A stretch of DNA of 59,415 nt from Nitrospinaceae bacterium (GCA_046754465.1 JBHHVU010000016.1:1-59415); one strand, 5' to 3'. Positions 10,135 through 21,005 are shown, numbered from the stretch's first letter. The notes: generated from the sequence alone by a model not told the origin. Program-made: numbers and translations.

Positions 10135-11553
10135 TCAACATTTTGGTCGATCCTCTCTGGATGTCCGGTTGGTTCCCGATTCGGGAAATTTTTCGAGTAA
10201 AACGCGGTTCAGTTCCCATACGTCTCCGGCCCCCAGCGTCATGACCACGTCGCCTGGCTTAAGCAGGCCGAGTAGGTGGGGAACAACCTCGTTTCGGTTT
10301 TCAATGTATTCGACGCTCTTATGACCGAATTCCTTCGCGCCGTCGGCGATTCTCCGCGCGGTCACCCCTTCGATGGGGGGTTCCCCCGCGGGATAAATAT
10401 CCATCACGATCAGGTGGTCCGCTTCGTTGAACGCCGAGAAGAATTTTTCCAGGAGCAGGTGAGTCCGTGTGTACCGGTGCGGTTGAAAGACCGCGATCAA
10501 CCGGCGGTCCGGCCACACCTCCCTGGCGGTCTTGAGGGTGGCCATGATTTCGGCGGGATGGTGCGCGTAATCGTCCATGACCACCAGGGACTCCGATTGA
10601 TGAATGACTTCGAATCGGCGCTGGACCCCGCTGAATTCTTTAAGAGTCTCCGCCACAGTGGGGAAGTCCAGGTTCAACTCCAGGCCCACCGCCACCGCCG
10701 CCAGGGTGTTCAAGACGTTGTGGCGCCCGAGGGTTCCCGAGTGGACCCGGCCCAGTACCCGGCCCCGGTAATGCACCGTGAAGGCCGTTTTCAGCCCTTC
10801 CACCGAAATATTCCGCGCCGTGTAATCCGCCTGGCTGGTCAATCCGTAAGTGATGTAGCGTTTTTCCATTTTCGGGATGAGCGATTGAATGTTGGGATCG
10901 TCCAGGCACAGGATGGACGCCCCGTAAAAAGGCACCTTGTTGATGAAGGTCAAGAACGCCGATTTCAGGTTGTCCAGCGTCTTGTAATAATCCAGATGCT
11001 CCTCGTCGAGAGTGGTGACCACCGTGATGGTAGGCGACAGTTTAAGAAACGAGCCGTCGCTTTCGTCCGCTTCGGCCACGAGAAATTCGCTCTGGCCAAG
11101 TTTGGCGTGACCGCTGAAACTTTTCAATCTGCCGCCGATCACCACCGTGGGGTCCAAACGCCCGCCCGCCAGCACCGTGGCGACCAGGGAAGTGGTGGTG
11201 GTTTTCCCGTGCGTGCCGGCGATGGCGATCCCGTGCTTCATGCGCATGAGTTCCGCGAGCATTTCCGCGCGCGGGATGACGGGAATCATTTTTTCCCGCG
11301 CCGCCATGACCTCCACGTTGTCCGGCTGAATGGCGCTCGAAGCCACCACCACCTGGGACCGCTCGACGTTCGCCGCCAGATGGCGGAAACGGATCGTGGC
11401 ACCCAGGCCTTCCAGGTGGTCGGTCACCGGGGTTCGCTTCATGTCCGATCCCGTGACGTCGTATCCCTGATTGATCAGCACTTCAGCGATCCCGCTCATT
11501 CCCGATCCTCCGATCCCGATAAAATGGATCCGCTTGGTTTTTCCTAAAAACAT
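10135..11553 (-). CDS. murC: UDP-N-acetylmuramate--L-alanine ligase
   Basis: GIGGSGMSG, GTHGKTTTT, EADESD, DDYAHHP, FQPHRYTR. Confidence 0.98.
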   Translation of the reverse strand: MFLGKTKRIHFIGIGGSGMSGIAEVLINQGYDVTGSDMKRTPVTDHLEGLGATIRFRHLAANVERSQVVVASSAIQPDNVEVMAAREKMIPVIPRAEMLAELMRMKHGIAIAGTHGKTTTTSLVATVLAGGRLDPTVVIGGRLKSFSGHAKLGQSEFLVAEADESDGSFLKLSPTITVVTTLDEEHLDYYKTLDNLKSAFLTFINKVPFYGASILCLDDPNIQSLIPKMEKRYITYGLTSQADYTARNISVEGLKTAFTVHYRGRVLGRVHSGTLGRHNVLNTLAAVAVGLELNLDFPTVAETLKEFSGVQRRFEVIHQSESLVVMDDYAHHPAEIMATLKTAREVWPDRRLIAVFQPHRYTRTHLLLEKFFSAFNEADHLIVMDIYPAGEPPIEGVTARRIADGAKEFGHKSVEYIENRNEVVPHLLGLLKPGDVVMTLGAGDVWELNRVLLEKFPESGTNRTSREDRPKC

Positions 11554-12692
11554 GACAACGCATACTTACCTCCCGAATCCCCGTTTTTCCGTGACCCGGC
11601 GGGGTGAGTCCCCATCAATTGCAGACAAAGTTCGAGCACTTTTTGAGTGGCGTCCCTTCTTCCCAGGCGGTAACTGTTTTCCCCCATTTCCCTGAGCCGG
11701 TCGGGATTTTCCATGGCCCTCGCGATGGATTGCGCGAGGCGCCCACCCGAAAGGTCCTTTTCGAGGATCATTTCCCCCGCATCGGCTTCGGCGAGGATGC
11801 GGGCGTTGCGTTCCTGGTGGTTGTGCGCGGCATGGGGAAAGGGGATCAGGATGGCCGCTTTTCCACAGGCGGTGATTTCCGCCACGGTGGAGGCTCCCGC
11901 CCGGCATATCACCAGGGAAACCCGGGAATACTGCCCGGCCAAGCCGTGGATAAAAGGTTGGACCTCCGCCGAAAACCCTTTTTCCCCGTATTGCTTTTGG
12001 ACCCACTCGAAATCCTCCGCTCCCGTCTGATGGATGATGTGTAACAAATTTTTCTTGCCGGACAAATGATCCAGCGCATCCAGCATGGCCCGGTTGATCG
12101 CGTGCGCCCCCTGACTGCCCCCAACCACCAGAATCTGAAACCGTTCTCCGGGTTGGGAAGCCGCCGTGACCCTTGGCGTGCAGAACTCTTCCCGAATCAT
12201 GTTTCCCGTTTCCACGGTTTTTCCCTTGGGGAAAAAGCGTTTGGATTCCGCGAAAGACACCGCCACCTGGCCGGAAATTTTACCCAGCCAGCGGTTGGTG
12301 ACGCCCGGAATCGCGTTTTGTTCCTGGATCAAAATGGGAATCCGGAGCAGCCAGGCGGAAAACACCAGGGGACCCGAAACATAGCCCCCCACGCCCACCA
12401 CCAGGTGAGGCCGTTTGCTCATCAGAAAACCGAGCGACTGCACGATTCCCAGTGGCAGCTTGAACCAGGCCAACCACCGCGCGAGGCCCTTTTTGCCCAA
12501 CAACCCCGCCGACCAGATGGTCTTCAAGGGAAACCCTTCCTTGGGAAGGATTTTCGATTCGATTCCCCGCCGGGTGCCTACAAAAGTAATTTCCATATCC
12601 TTATCGTGTTTTTTGAAAGCCCGGGCCAACGCGATTCCGGGATAAAGATGGCCTCCCGTACCGCCCCCCGCTATGACCACTCGTTTTGGCAT
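11544..12692 (-). CDS. murG: Lipid II GlcNAc transferase MurG
   Basis: GGGTGGH, GGYVS, EQN, GGSQGA, RAGAST. Confidence 0.98.
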   Translation of the reverse strand: MPKRVVIAGGGTGGHLYPGIALARAFKKHDKDMEITFVGTRRGIESKILPKEGFPLKTIWSAGLLGKKGLARWLAWFKLPLGIVQSLGFLMSKRPHLVVGVGGYVSGPLVFSAWLLRIPILIQEQNAIPGVTNRWLGKISGQVAVSFAESKRFFPKGKTVETGNMIREEFCTPRVTAASQPGERFQILVVGGSQGAHAINRAMLDALDHLSGKKNLLHIIHQTGAEDFEWVQKQYGEKGFSAEVQPFIHGLAGQYSRVSLVICRAGASTVAEITACGKAAILIPFPHAAHNHQERNARILAEADAGEMILEKDLSGGRLAQSIARAMENPDRLREMGENSYRLGRRDATQKVLELCLQLMGTHPAGSRKNGDSGGKYALSCF

Positions 12693-12702
12693 CGGCCACC
12701 CA

Positions 12703-13815
12703 TCAGCGCCGGACCGATTGCTCCGAAATGTTCAGCAATACCCCGACACACAACATCGAAACGACCAGGGAGGATCCCCCCATGCTGATGAACGGCAGGG
12801 GAAGCCCCTTGGTCGGAAGAATACCCACCGTGACCCCCATATTGATGAACGCCTGGAATCCGAGCAACAGGGTGAGACCGATGGCCAGGTGAGATCCGAA
12901 AGGATCCTTGGCCCGGTACGCGGTGACGAATCCTCTCCACATCAAAACGGCGAACAGAATGAGGATTCCCATGGTGCCGATGAAACCCAGTTCCTCGCCG
13001 ATCACCGAAAAAATGAAATCGGTATGCGCCTCCGGCAGGTAAAACAGTTTTTGGCTGCTGTCCCCGAGTCCCAGGCCCCAGTAGCCTCCGCGGCCGAAGG
13101 CGTAAAACGATTGAATCGCCTGAAACCCGGTGTTTGAGGGATCCTGCCAGGGGTCGAGGAAAGCCAGAATTCTCCGGGTGCGGTATTCGGCGTTCATAAT
13201 GGCCGAGACCAGAAACGGGATCCCGGCGGCCATGGAGAGAAACAAGAATTTTTTTCGCACCCCCGCGATGAATAACATGGTGAAAGCCACCATGGAGATG
13301 ATGAGGGCTGTTCCAAGATCGGGCTGGTAAAGAATGGGAACGAAGAAAAAGCCCAGGACGATTAGGTTGGGCAGGAATCCATAAGCGAAATTCCTCAATT
13401 TGTCCGCCCGCTTCACCAGGGATTTCGCGATGAAGACGACCACGGTGAATTTGGCCAGTTCCGAGGGTTGAAAGGAAAATCCGCCCAGGCTCAGCCAACG
13501 TCTCGCCCCACCGGCTTCCTTCCCCAGTCCGGGAAGCATGACGGCGAGGAGAAGGAGCAAGGTTATGATCATCACCGGATACGTGAATTGTTCCAATTTG
13601 TGGTAATTGGTTTTCCGGGCGGCCCAGAGCACCCCGCTGCCCAGAAAAAGAAACAAAAGCTGACGTTTCAGAAAATAATAGGAGTCGTTGTACTCTTCCA
13701 TCGCGAATACCGCGCTGGAGCTGAACACCATGACAATGCCCATGAGAATCAGCGTCGCCACCGCGATGAAGAGGATGAAGTCGCAGCCGGCATGTTTCGA
13801 TTTTGCAGCGCTCAA
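12703..13815 (-). CDS. ftsW: SEDS peptidoglycan polymerase FtsW
   Basis: GARRW, FQPSELAK, QPDLG, LPEAHTDFIF, TKGLPLPFISMGGSS. Confidence 0.97.
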   Translation of the reverse strand: MSAAKSKHAGCDFILFIAVATLILMGIVMVFSSSAVFAMEEYNDSYYFLKRQLLFLFLGSGVLWAARKTNYHKLEQFTYPVMIITLLLLLAVMLPGLGKEAGGARRWLSLGGFSFQPSELAKFTVVVFIAKSLVKRADKLRNFAYGFLPNLIVLGFFFVPILYQPDLGTALIISMVAFTMLFIAGVRKKFLFLSMAAGIPFLVSAIMNAEYRTRRILAFLDPWQDPSNTGFQAIQSFYAFGRGGYWGLGLGDSSQKLFYLPEAHTDFIFSVIGEELGFIGTMGILILFAVLMWRGFVTAYRAKDPFGSHLAIGLTLLLGFQAFINMGVTVGILPTKGLPLPFISMGGSSLVVSMLCVGVLLNISEQSVRR

Positions 13816-13868
13816 AGTATCCTCCCGGAAACCCGATTGACGTTTTTTGTGATTGCCACCAACGGCAT

Positions 13869-15218
13869 CTAGTTTTCCTCATCTCCAAGCTCATTCACGA
13901 GAGTTTTGAACTGGTTTCCCCGGTCGGCGTAATCCCGGAACATGTCGAAACTAGCGCAGGCCGGGGACAACAGAACCACATCCCCCCGATCCGCCTTGGA
14001 AACGGCCTGGTGCACCGCCTCTTTCATGCCGCCCACTTCTTCGTAGCTGAAGGAACCGTTGAGAATCCGCCGGATGCTTGATTTCGTCTCTCCCATCAGA
14101 ATCAAATGCTTGACCTTTTTCTTGAACACCTCTTTTAAGGGCTCAAAATCGGTAGCCTTGTCTTTTCCGCCGGCGATCAGAATCACAGGCTGGTGGAAAG
14201 CGCCGAGCGATTTCTGGACGGCGCCGACGTTGGTTCCCTTGGAGTCGTTGATGAAATCGATTCCCCGGTAGCTCCGCACCCATTCCAATCTGTGCTCCAT
14301 CCCCGAAAATTCCTTGACGGCGCTTGCGATGGCGTCCCCCTCCACCCCGGCGAGTGCGGCGGCCGCCGCCGCGGCCAGGATGTTTTCCACCTGCCATCGC
14401 ATGACCTGCCGCAGTTGGTCCAGGGAACAGATTTCCTTTTCGGCATCGTCCAACCGTAAAATGAGCATATTCTTCCTGAGGAACGCGCCCTCTGGCAGTT
14501 CGGTCCGGATGCTGAAAAAGATTTTTTTGGCGCGTCCCCCCTTTGCCAGAATCCGGGTGTGGGGGTCGTCGTGATTGAGGATCAGAAAATCCTCTTCGGT
14601 CTGGTTTTCGGCGATCCTTCCCTTCAACGCGGCGTAGCGGTCCAGGGTTTTGTGGCGGTCCAAATGATCGGGGGTGATGTTCAGCACCACGGCGATTCGC
14701 GGATGAAACTCATGGATGGTTTCCAGCTGAAAACTGGAAATTTCCAGAACGAGATAATCCGCCGAAACTTCTCCAACGAGGGAGATGAAGGGGATGCCGA
14801 TGTTTCCCCCGGCCGGCGCGATTTTCCCGGCCCGTTTCAGGATATGACCGATCAAGGCCGTGCAGGTGGATTTCCCGTTCGTTCCCGTCACGGCGATGAG
14901 GGGCGGAACGGCGAATCGTGAAGCCAGTTCGATTTCGCTCCACACCGGGACGCCCTTGTCCCGCGCCGTCCGTAAAAAGGAGGATCCGGAATCCACCCCG
15001 GGACTCAGAATAATCAGCTCAGCATCCGGTTCCGGAGTGGAAGTTTCAAAATGGGTCCGCACCGCGGAATGCAACAGGCCCAACGCCTCAGCCAGGGCGT
15101 CCCTTTTCTGGCCGTCGATGAGGGTGGTCCGCGCCCCCCGCGCGGCCAGGAAATTGGCGGCGGCGATTCCCGAACGGCCCATTCCGATCACCGTAATTTT
15201 TTTGTTTTTCAGTTCCAT
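13869..15218 (-). CDS. murD: UDP-MurNAc-L-Ala--D-glutamate ligase
   Basis: GTNGKST, EISSFQL, NDSKGTN, LLSPACASFDMF. Confidence 0.98.
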   Translation of the reverse strand: MELKNKKITVIGMGRSGIAAANFLAARGARTTLIDGQKRDALAEALGLLHSAVRTHFETSTPEPDAELIILSPGVDSGSSFLRTARDKGVPVWSEIELASRFAVPPLIAVTGTNGKSTCTALIGHILKRAGKIAPAGGNIGIPFISLVGEVSADYLVLEISSFQLETIHEFHPRIAVVLNITPDHLDRHKTLDRYAALKGRIAENQTEEDFLILNHDDPHTRILAKGGRAKKIFFSIRTELPEGAFLRKNMLILRLDDAEKEICSLDQLRQVMRWQVENILAAAAAAALAGVEGDAIASAVKEFSGMEHRLEWVRSYRGIDFINDSKGTNVGAVQKSLGAFHQPVILIAGGKDKATDFEPLKEVFKKKVKHLILMGETKSSIRRILNGSFSYEEVGGMKEAVHQAVSKADRGDVVLLSPACASFDMFRDYADRGNQFKTLVNELGDEEN

Positions 15219-15219
15219 G

Positions 15220-16305
15220 TCATCTCAGCTTCAGGGTGCTCAATCCGATCATCGCCAGGACCACGGAAATGATCCAGAACCGGACGATCACCTTGGGTTC
15301 CGACCAACCCATCTGTTCAAAATGATGGTGGATCGGCGCCATCTTGAAAATTCGTTTCCCGCCGGTATATTTGAAATAGGCGACCTGGAGGATGACCGAG
15401 AGCGCCTCGATCACGAAGATGCCGCCCACCAGAATCAGCAGTAATTCGTGTTTGACGATGACGGCGATGGTCCCCAGGATCCCACCCAGGGACAAAGAAC
15501 CCACATCTCCCATGAAAACCTGCGCGGGATAAGAGTTGAACCACAAAAACCCCAGGCTCGCGCCCAGCACGGCGGAACTTAAAACTGCGATCTCCCCCGC
15601 ATCACGGATGTGCTGGATGCCGAGGTAGGACGCAAAATTGAAATGGCCGGAAACATAAACAATGCCGGTATAGGTGAGCGTGGCGATGATGATGGGTCCG
15701 ATGGCCAGCCCGTCCAGCCCGTCGGTCAGGTTCACCGCGTTGGATGTTCCTACGATGATGAAAACGATGAACAGCAGGTATCCCATCCCCAGGTCGGGCT
15801 GGAAATTCTTGAAGAAGGGCACCGAAAGCCGGGTGGCGTAATCCGCCCGGCCGGGATCGAAAAAGACAAGGTAAACACCAATGACCAGGGCCAGAAGGGT
15901 TTGGTAGAAAAGCTTGGCCTTCACCGAAATTCCCTCGCCGCTTTTGAGTTTGATCATGTCATCGAAAAACCCGACCGCGCCGAATCCGACCGCCGCGAAA
16001 ATGAGAATCCAGATATAGGAATTGGAAAGGTTCGCCCAAAGCAAGGTGGACAGCAGAAACGTGAAGAGGATCAGCAATCCGCCCATGGTCGGGGTTCCCG
16101 ACTTGATACTGTGATGACTGGGCCCGTGCTCCCGGATTTTTTCCTGGATCTGATATTTCTGCAGCATGCGGATCATGGCCGCTCCCAGAACCAGGCTGAG
16201 CCCCAGCGCGGTGAGGCCGGAATAAGCGGAACGGAACGTGATGTACCGGAACACGTTGAAGATGGAATAATCGGAACTGAGGGGATAAAAAAAGTGATAA
16301 AACAT
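15220..16305 (-). CDS. mraY: Phospho-MurNAc-pentapeptide translocase
   Basis: TPTMGG, NAVNLTDGLDGL, FMGDVGS, MAPIHHHFE. Confidence 0.99.
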   Translation of the reverse strand: MFYHFFYPLSSDYSIFNVFRYITFRSAYSGLTALGLSLVLGAAMIRMLQKYQIQEKIREHGPSHHSIKSGTPTMGGLLILFTFLLSTLLWANLSNSYIWILIFAAVGFGAVGFFDDMIKLKSGEGISVKAKLFYQTLLALVIGVYLVFFDPGRADYATRLSVPFFKNFQPDLGMGYLLFIVFIIVGTSNAVNLTDGLDGLAIGPIIIATLTYTGIVYVSGHFNFASYLGIQHIRDAGEIAVLSSAVLGASLGFLWFNSYPAQVFMGDVGSLSLGGILGTIAVIVKHELLLILVGGIFVIEALSVILQVAYFKYTGGKRIFKMAPIHHHFEQMGWSEPKVIVRFWIISVVLAMIGLSTLKLR

Positions 16306-16312
16306 GATTTCC

Positions 16313-17716
16313 TTAAGGGACTTCCGGTTGTATCAGTTCTTGAATGATCATTTCCATGCCCGCTCCGCGCGATCCCTTGAACAGGAGGCAATCGCCCGTC
16401 CGCGCGGTTTTTCTCAGGTAATGGGCCGCCTCCTCGCGGGTATCCAGGGCCAGAGCCCGTTGCGCGTCCATTCCGCCGGCGCGCGCGGCCCGTGCCGCCA
16501 GCGCCGCCAGTTCGCCCACGGTGACCAGAACGTCGACGGAGTGCTTCGCGATTTCGGCTCCCAGCCGGGTGTGGGCCGATTCGGACAAATCTCCCAGTTC
16601 CAGCATGTCACCGATCACCAAGAACCGGCGGCCCGGAACCTGGTATTGGGACAACGTGGCCAGCGCTTCCCGCATGGACTGGGGATTGGCGTTGTAACTG
16701 TCGTTGATGATAGTCATTGACTGGTGCCGAAGAATTTCGTAACGCTGGGATAACAACCGGTAATGTCCCATCCCGGCGGCCATGCTCTCCGGCTCGAGCC
16801 CCAGGGAATGGCCCGCGGCCACCGCCGCCAGGGCGTTGTAAATATTGCAAAACCCTGGGAAGGGCAACCTCCCCCGGAATTTCCGGTCAAACAGGTGCAC
16901 GGTGAAATCGAAACCGTTGTTTGCCTGTTGCTGAATGCCCGCGGCCCGGACATCCGCCGGGTTGTGGATTCCGAATGTGATTTTACGGGAGCGCAGGGAT
17001 TGGGCCAGCTCGAGCACCAGCGGGTCGTCGGCGTTGACAATGGCGGTGCCCCCGCTGCCGAGTGCCTCAAACAGTTCCCCCTTCGCCGCCTGCACGTTTT
17101 TCAGGTTTTTCAGTTTCACCAAGTGGCCTTCCGAGATGTTGGTGATTACGCCGATTTCGGGCCGGGCGATTTCGGCCAGGCGTTTGATTTCCCCAGCCGC
17201 GCTCATCCCCATTTCCAATATGGCGACTTCGTGGCCGGGTTCCAGTTCCAAAACGTTCAGCGGCAGCCCGATATGGTTGTTCAGGTTGCCCCGGGTTTTC
17301 AGGGTTTTGAATTTCGTTTCCGAGAGGGTGGCGATCATTTCCTTGGTGGTGGTTTTGCCGTTAGTGCCGGTGACGCCCACCACGCGAACGGACAACCGTT
17401 CCCGGTGAAACCGGGCCAGCGCCTGCAACGCCGCCAGAGGGTCGGTCACGCCAATCACGAAGGGGCGGTCTTTTTCCTGACGGGCGGCAGGCAATCTCGC
17501 CGCATCGGAAAGAATGATACCCGCCGCGTTTTTTTGCATGGCATCGGCGATGAAATCATGTCCGTCGAAGCGTGGCCCGCGAATGCAAAAAAATAACTGT
17601 CCCGCCCGAAGGGTCCGGGAATCGATGGACACCCCCCGGAAGGGATGGTTTTCTCCGCCCTCGATGAGACGCCCCCGCAGGGCCTTCAAGCATTCTCCCG
17701 CGTTACTTTCAATCAA
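16313..17716 (-). CDS. murF: UDP-MurNAc-tripeptide--D-Ala-D-Ala ligase
   Basis: GTNGKTTTKE, GNLNNHIGLP, NDSYNANP, GDMLELG, KGSRG. Confidence 0.98.
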   Translation of the reverse strand: MIESNAGECLKALRGRLIEGGENHPFRGVSIDSRTLRAGQLFFCIRGPRFDGHDFIADAMQKNAAGIILSDAARLPAARQEKDRPFVIGVTDPLAALQALARFHRERLSVRVVGVTGTNGKTTTKEMIATLSETKFKTLKTRGNLNNHIGLPLNVLELEPGHEVAILEMGMSAAGEIKRLAEIARPEIGVITNISEGHLVKLKNLKNVQAAKGELFEALGSGGTAIVNADDPLVLELAQSLRSRKITFGIHNPADVRAAGIQQQANNGFDFTVHLFDRKFRGRLPFPGFCNIYNALAAVAAGHSLGLEPESMAAGMGHYRLLSQRYEILRHQSMTIINDSYNANPQSMREALATLSQYQVPGRRFLVIGDMLELGDLSESAHTRLGAEIAKHSVDVLVTVGELAALAARAARAGGMDAQRALALDTREEAAHYLRKTARTGDCLLFKGSRGAGMEMIIQELIQPEVP

Positions 17717-19253
17717 TGTTCAACCTTTTCCTGATGGCGTTTCCGGCGATTTCCCGGTCGTCAAAATGAATCGTTCCCGTATTGAGGATCTGATAATCCT
17801 CGTGCCCTTTTCCCGCGATCATCACCAGGTCCCCTTTCCGGGCATGGTTTACGGCGCATTCAATGGCTTCCCCGCGGCTGGCGATGACCCGGTAGTCGCG
17901 GCCGATTTTCGCGGAGGAAGGGACCCCCTGGATAATGTCGTCGAGAATTCTTTGCGGGTTTTCGGTCCGCGGATTGTCTGATGTGATGATGGCGAAATCG
18001 CTTTGTTCCAGGGCGATGCGGCCCATTTCGGCGCGTTTGCCCCGGTCCCGGTCCCCGCCGCAGCCGAAGACGGCGATCACATTTTTCCGGGTGAAAGCCC
18101 GCGCCGCGGAGAGAACGTTTTCCAGGGCGTCACCGGTATGGGCGTAATCCACGACCACCGAAAAATTCTGCCCGCAATCCAGCCGTTCGAACCGGCCGGG
18201 GATGCGTTTGATGGTTTGGATTCCCCGCTCGATGGCTTCCAGGGAAAAACCCTGGAGGAATGCCGCCGCGGCTCCCAACAGCAGGTTGTAAATGTTATGT
18301 CTGCCCAAAAGCTCCGACTGGATCACTCGGCTGCCCGAGGGGGTTTTGAGGGTGAATCGGCTCCCCTCTTGGGAAAGAGCACAGTCTTCCGCCATGAGTT
18401 CCGCCGGATGATCGATCCCCACCGATAGGGTAGAGGACTGAAATTCGGCGGCGATTTCCCTGCCGGCGGGATCGTCGGTATTGATAATGTGTTTTTTCAC
18501 CGTATTGTCCCGGAACAACCCCTTTTTCGCGTTTTTGTAATTTTCCATGGTGCCATGAAAATCGAGGTGGTCCCGGCTCAGGTTGGTGAAGATGCCGATC
18601 TCGAAATCCATATCCCGCACCCGTTTCAAGGCTAGGGAATGCGAGGAAACCTCCAGAAAGCAGGCGCGGACCCCTTCTCTCGCCATTTCATGGAGCATGC
18701 GGTTAAGGTCCAGGGATTCCGGGGTGGTGACGGGCGCCGCGGCCTGAATGCCGCCGTAACGGTAATTGATGGTGCCGATGACACCGGTGGCTTCCCCCCG
18801 CGTCCGGAACAGGGCTTCCAGGATATAGGTCAAAGTGGTTTTACCGTTGGTCCCGGTGATCCCCATGAGGTTCAGGTTCCGGGAAGGGCGTCCGTAAAAT
18901 TCGGCGCTGACCCAGGAGAGAGCCCGGCGGCTGTCTTCCACGCAAATCGCGGTGACGTCGTTGGAGACCAGTCCCAGTTCGTTCAGTTGAATGATGGGAA
19001 CCTCGGTGACGAACGCCTTGGCGCCCCGTTGCAACGCGTCCTGGATGAAGCGGTTGCCGTCCTGCTTCAGTCCGTGGATGGCCACGAAAAGGGTTCCGGC
19101 CTCCACTTTCCGGGAATCGAAGGCGATCGCCGCAATTTCTTTTTCCAAGGTTCCCAGAACGTTGAGAACCGGGTACCCTCTTATTAGTTGAGAAAGTCTC
19201 ATGAACCGTGTGGTTGTTCCGTTTGCCGTGTTTTGGGACGTCAGGGTTTTCAT
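17709..19253 (-). CDS. murE: UDP-MurNAc-dipeptide--meso-diaminopimelate ligase
   Basis: GTNGKTT, TTPES, EVSSH, DYAHT, DNPR (DAP-specificity motif), GKGHEDYQ. Confidence 0.98.
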   Translation of the reverse strand: MKTLTSQNTANGTTTRFMRLSQLIRGYPVLNVLGTLEKEIAAIAFDSRKVEAGTLFVAIHGLKQDGNRFIQDALQRGAKAFVTEVPIIQLNELGLVSNDVTAICVEDSRRALSWVSAEFYGRPSRNLNLMGITGTNGKTTLTYILEALFRTRGEATGVIGTINYRYGGIQAAAPVTTPESLDLNRMLHEMAREGVRACFLEVSSHSLALKRVRDMDFEIGIFTNLSRDHLDFHGTMENYKNAKKGLFRDNTVKKHIINTDDPAGREIAAEFQSSTLSVGIDHPAELMAEDCALSQEGSRFTLKTPSGSRVIQSELLGRHNIYNLLLGAAAAFLQGFSLEAIERGIQTIKRIPGRFERLDCGQNFSVVVDYAHTGDALENVLSAARAFTRKNVIAVFGCGGDRDRGKRAEMGRIALEQSDFAIITSDNPRTENPQRILDDIIQGVPSSAKIGRDYRVIASRGEAIECAVNHARKGDLVMIAGKGHEDYQILNTGTIHFDDREIAGNAIRKRLNID

Positions 19254-20999
19254 TTAGGCTCGATTCAGGATATATACCCGCTGGCCCTTGTACGGGACGT
19301 GTAAATAACGCAGGACTTCCCGGGAAATCTCCCGGAATACCGGCGCGGCCACCTCCCCGCCCCAGTAGCTTCCGCGGGGTTGATCGATCATTACCAGGAC
19401 CACGATTTTGGGTGCGTCCGCGGGAGCAAAGCCGATGAAGGAGGCGAGGTAATTGGTCTTGGAGTAGGTCTGGGTGGCCGAATCGAATTTTTGCGCGGTT
19501 CCGGTTTTGCCAGCCACGTCGAATCCGGGTATGGCCGCCTTGGCGCCCGTCCCGTTTTTTACGGTTGTTTTTAGTATATCAATGATCTGGCGGCTTGTTT
19601 TCTCGGAAATCACGCGCCGGACCAACCGGGGAGGAAAAGTTTTGTCAACCTTCCCATTTTTCAAGAGGGCCTTGGTGATGTGCGGGACCATCAACGTCCC
19701 CCCGTTGGCGATGGCCGCCAGCGACGCTACCATTTGCAGGGGGGTCACCGCGATCTCATGCCCGAATGAAATGGAAGCCAGGGACAACCCGGACCATTGG
19801 GAGACTTCCCGGAGCCGTCCGGCGGCTTCGCCCGGCAGGTCGATTCCCGACTTCTGTCCGAACCCGAATTTGCGGAGATAGCCGTAGAGCCGTTGTTTCC
19901 CAAGTCTCTGGGCGATTTTGATGGCGCCGATGTTGCTGGATTTGGCGATGATGTCCCTCAGGGTCAACCATCCGAATTTGTGGGCGGCCGCTTCCCCGAT
20001 GCTGACACGGCCAATCCGGAATTTTCCGTTTTCACAAAAGAAAATGTCGCCGGGTTTGGCCATTCCCGAATCGATGGCCGCCGCGGCGACGACGGGCTTG
20101 AAGATGGAACCCGGTTCGTAGGCATTGGAGACCACGCTGTTGATCCATCTTTGCGGGGGGAAGGCGGCGTAATTGTTCGGATTGAACCTCGGAAGCCCGG
20201 CCATGGCATATATTTCCCCCGTATAGGGGTCCATGACCACCGCCATCCCCGCTTTGGCGTGGTATTTCTCCATCTGCCGCTTCAAATGATACTCGGTCGT
20301 GAACTGGATGACTTCATCGAGGGTCAACACCACATCGTGGCTTCCGGTTTGGGCTCCCGCCGTCCGGTTGACGGTGCGGATGGTCCGCCCCCGGGCATCC
20401 TTTTCCATGACTTGGCGGATGGTGGTTCCCTTAAGCATGGTGTGGCGGAAATGCTCGACCCCGGCCAGGCCCTGATTGTCCATGCCCACGAAACCGGTCA
20501 CCCCGGCGGCCAGTTCCCGCTTGGGGTAAAACCGTTTTTGCTCGGAGACAAAGCCCACGCCGGGCAAGTGCAGCCGCCGCAATTTTTCCACCTCCGCGAG
20601 ATTGCATTTTCGCTTGATCCAGACGAAGTTTTTACGGGAGGCGATCTTTTTACGAATCCGCTCCCGGTCGAGGTGAAGATGGGAGGCGAGCAGGCCGGCG
20701 GTATGGTTCCTGTCGATGACCTCGGAAGGGGTGACGTAAATCGATTCGACTTCGATATTGCGGGCCAGTTCGTTCATGTTGCGGTCATAAATGGTTCCCC
20801 GGCCGTAAAAAATTTTCGTGGTCCCGGCGTATTGTCTTTCGGACTGGGCCACCAGGTCCTCGTGATGGAGGATCTGAAGGAAAAACAGCCGAGTGACCAG
20901 CGCCGCGCCGAATACCAGGAACAGGAACGAAACAACGATCAGGCGGTTTCTCAGTTGACCTCGGAAATCCTTGACAAGTGAATGATTTTTTTTTCCCAT
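19254..20999 (-). CDS. ftsI: Class B penicillin-binding protein (septal transpeptidase)
   Basis: RGTIYDRN, EPGSIFK (SxxK), KSSN, GKTGTAQK. Confidence 0.96.
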   Translation of the reverse strand: MGKKNHSLVKDFRGQLRNRLIVVSFLFLVFGAALVTRLFFLQILHHEDLVAQSERQYAGTTKIFYGRGTIYDRNMNELARNIEVESIYVTPSEVIDRNHTAGLLASHLHLDRERIRKKIASRKNFVWIKRKCNLAEVEKLRRLHLPGVGFVSEQKRFYPKRELAAGVTGFVGMDNQGLAGVEHFRHTMLKGTTIRQVMEKDARGRTIRTVNRTAGAQTGSHDVVLTLDEVIQFTTEYHLKRQMEKYHAKAGMAVVMDPYTGEIYAMAGLPRFNPNNYAAFPPQRWINSVVSNAYEPGSIFKPVVAAAAIDSGMAKPGDIFFCENGKFRIGRVSIGEAAAHKFGWLTLRDIIAKSSNIGAIKIAQRLGKQRLYGYLRKFGFGQKSGIDLPGEAAGRLREVSQWSGLSLASISFGHEIAVTPLQMVASLAAIANGGTLMVPHITKALLKNGKVDKTFPPRLVRRVISEKTSRQIIDILKTTVKNGTGAKAAIPGFDVAGKTGTAQKFDSATQTYSKTNYLASFIGFAPADAPKIVVLVMIDQPRGSYWGGEVAAPVFREISREVLRYLHVPYKGQRVYILNRA

Positions 21000-21005
21000 G
21001 GGCCT

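Noticed and set aside
12671..13894. 407-aa minus-strand ORF overlapping ftsW
   Set aside because: Alternative frame of ftsW with no family motifs; ftsW itself is intact.
9113..20981. Long plus-strand ORFs antisense to dcw genes (e.g. 423 aa at 10276, 394 aa at 19797)
   Set aside because: Shadow frames of GC-rich coding sequence with no motifs.
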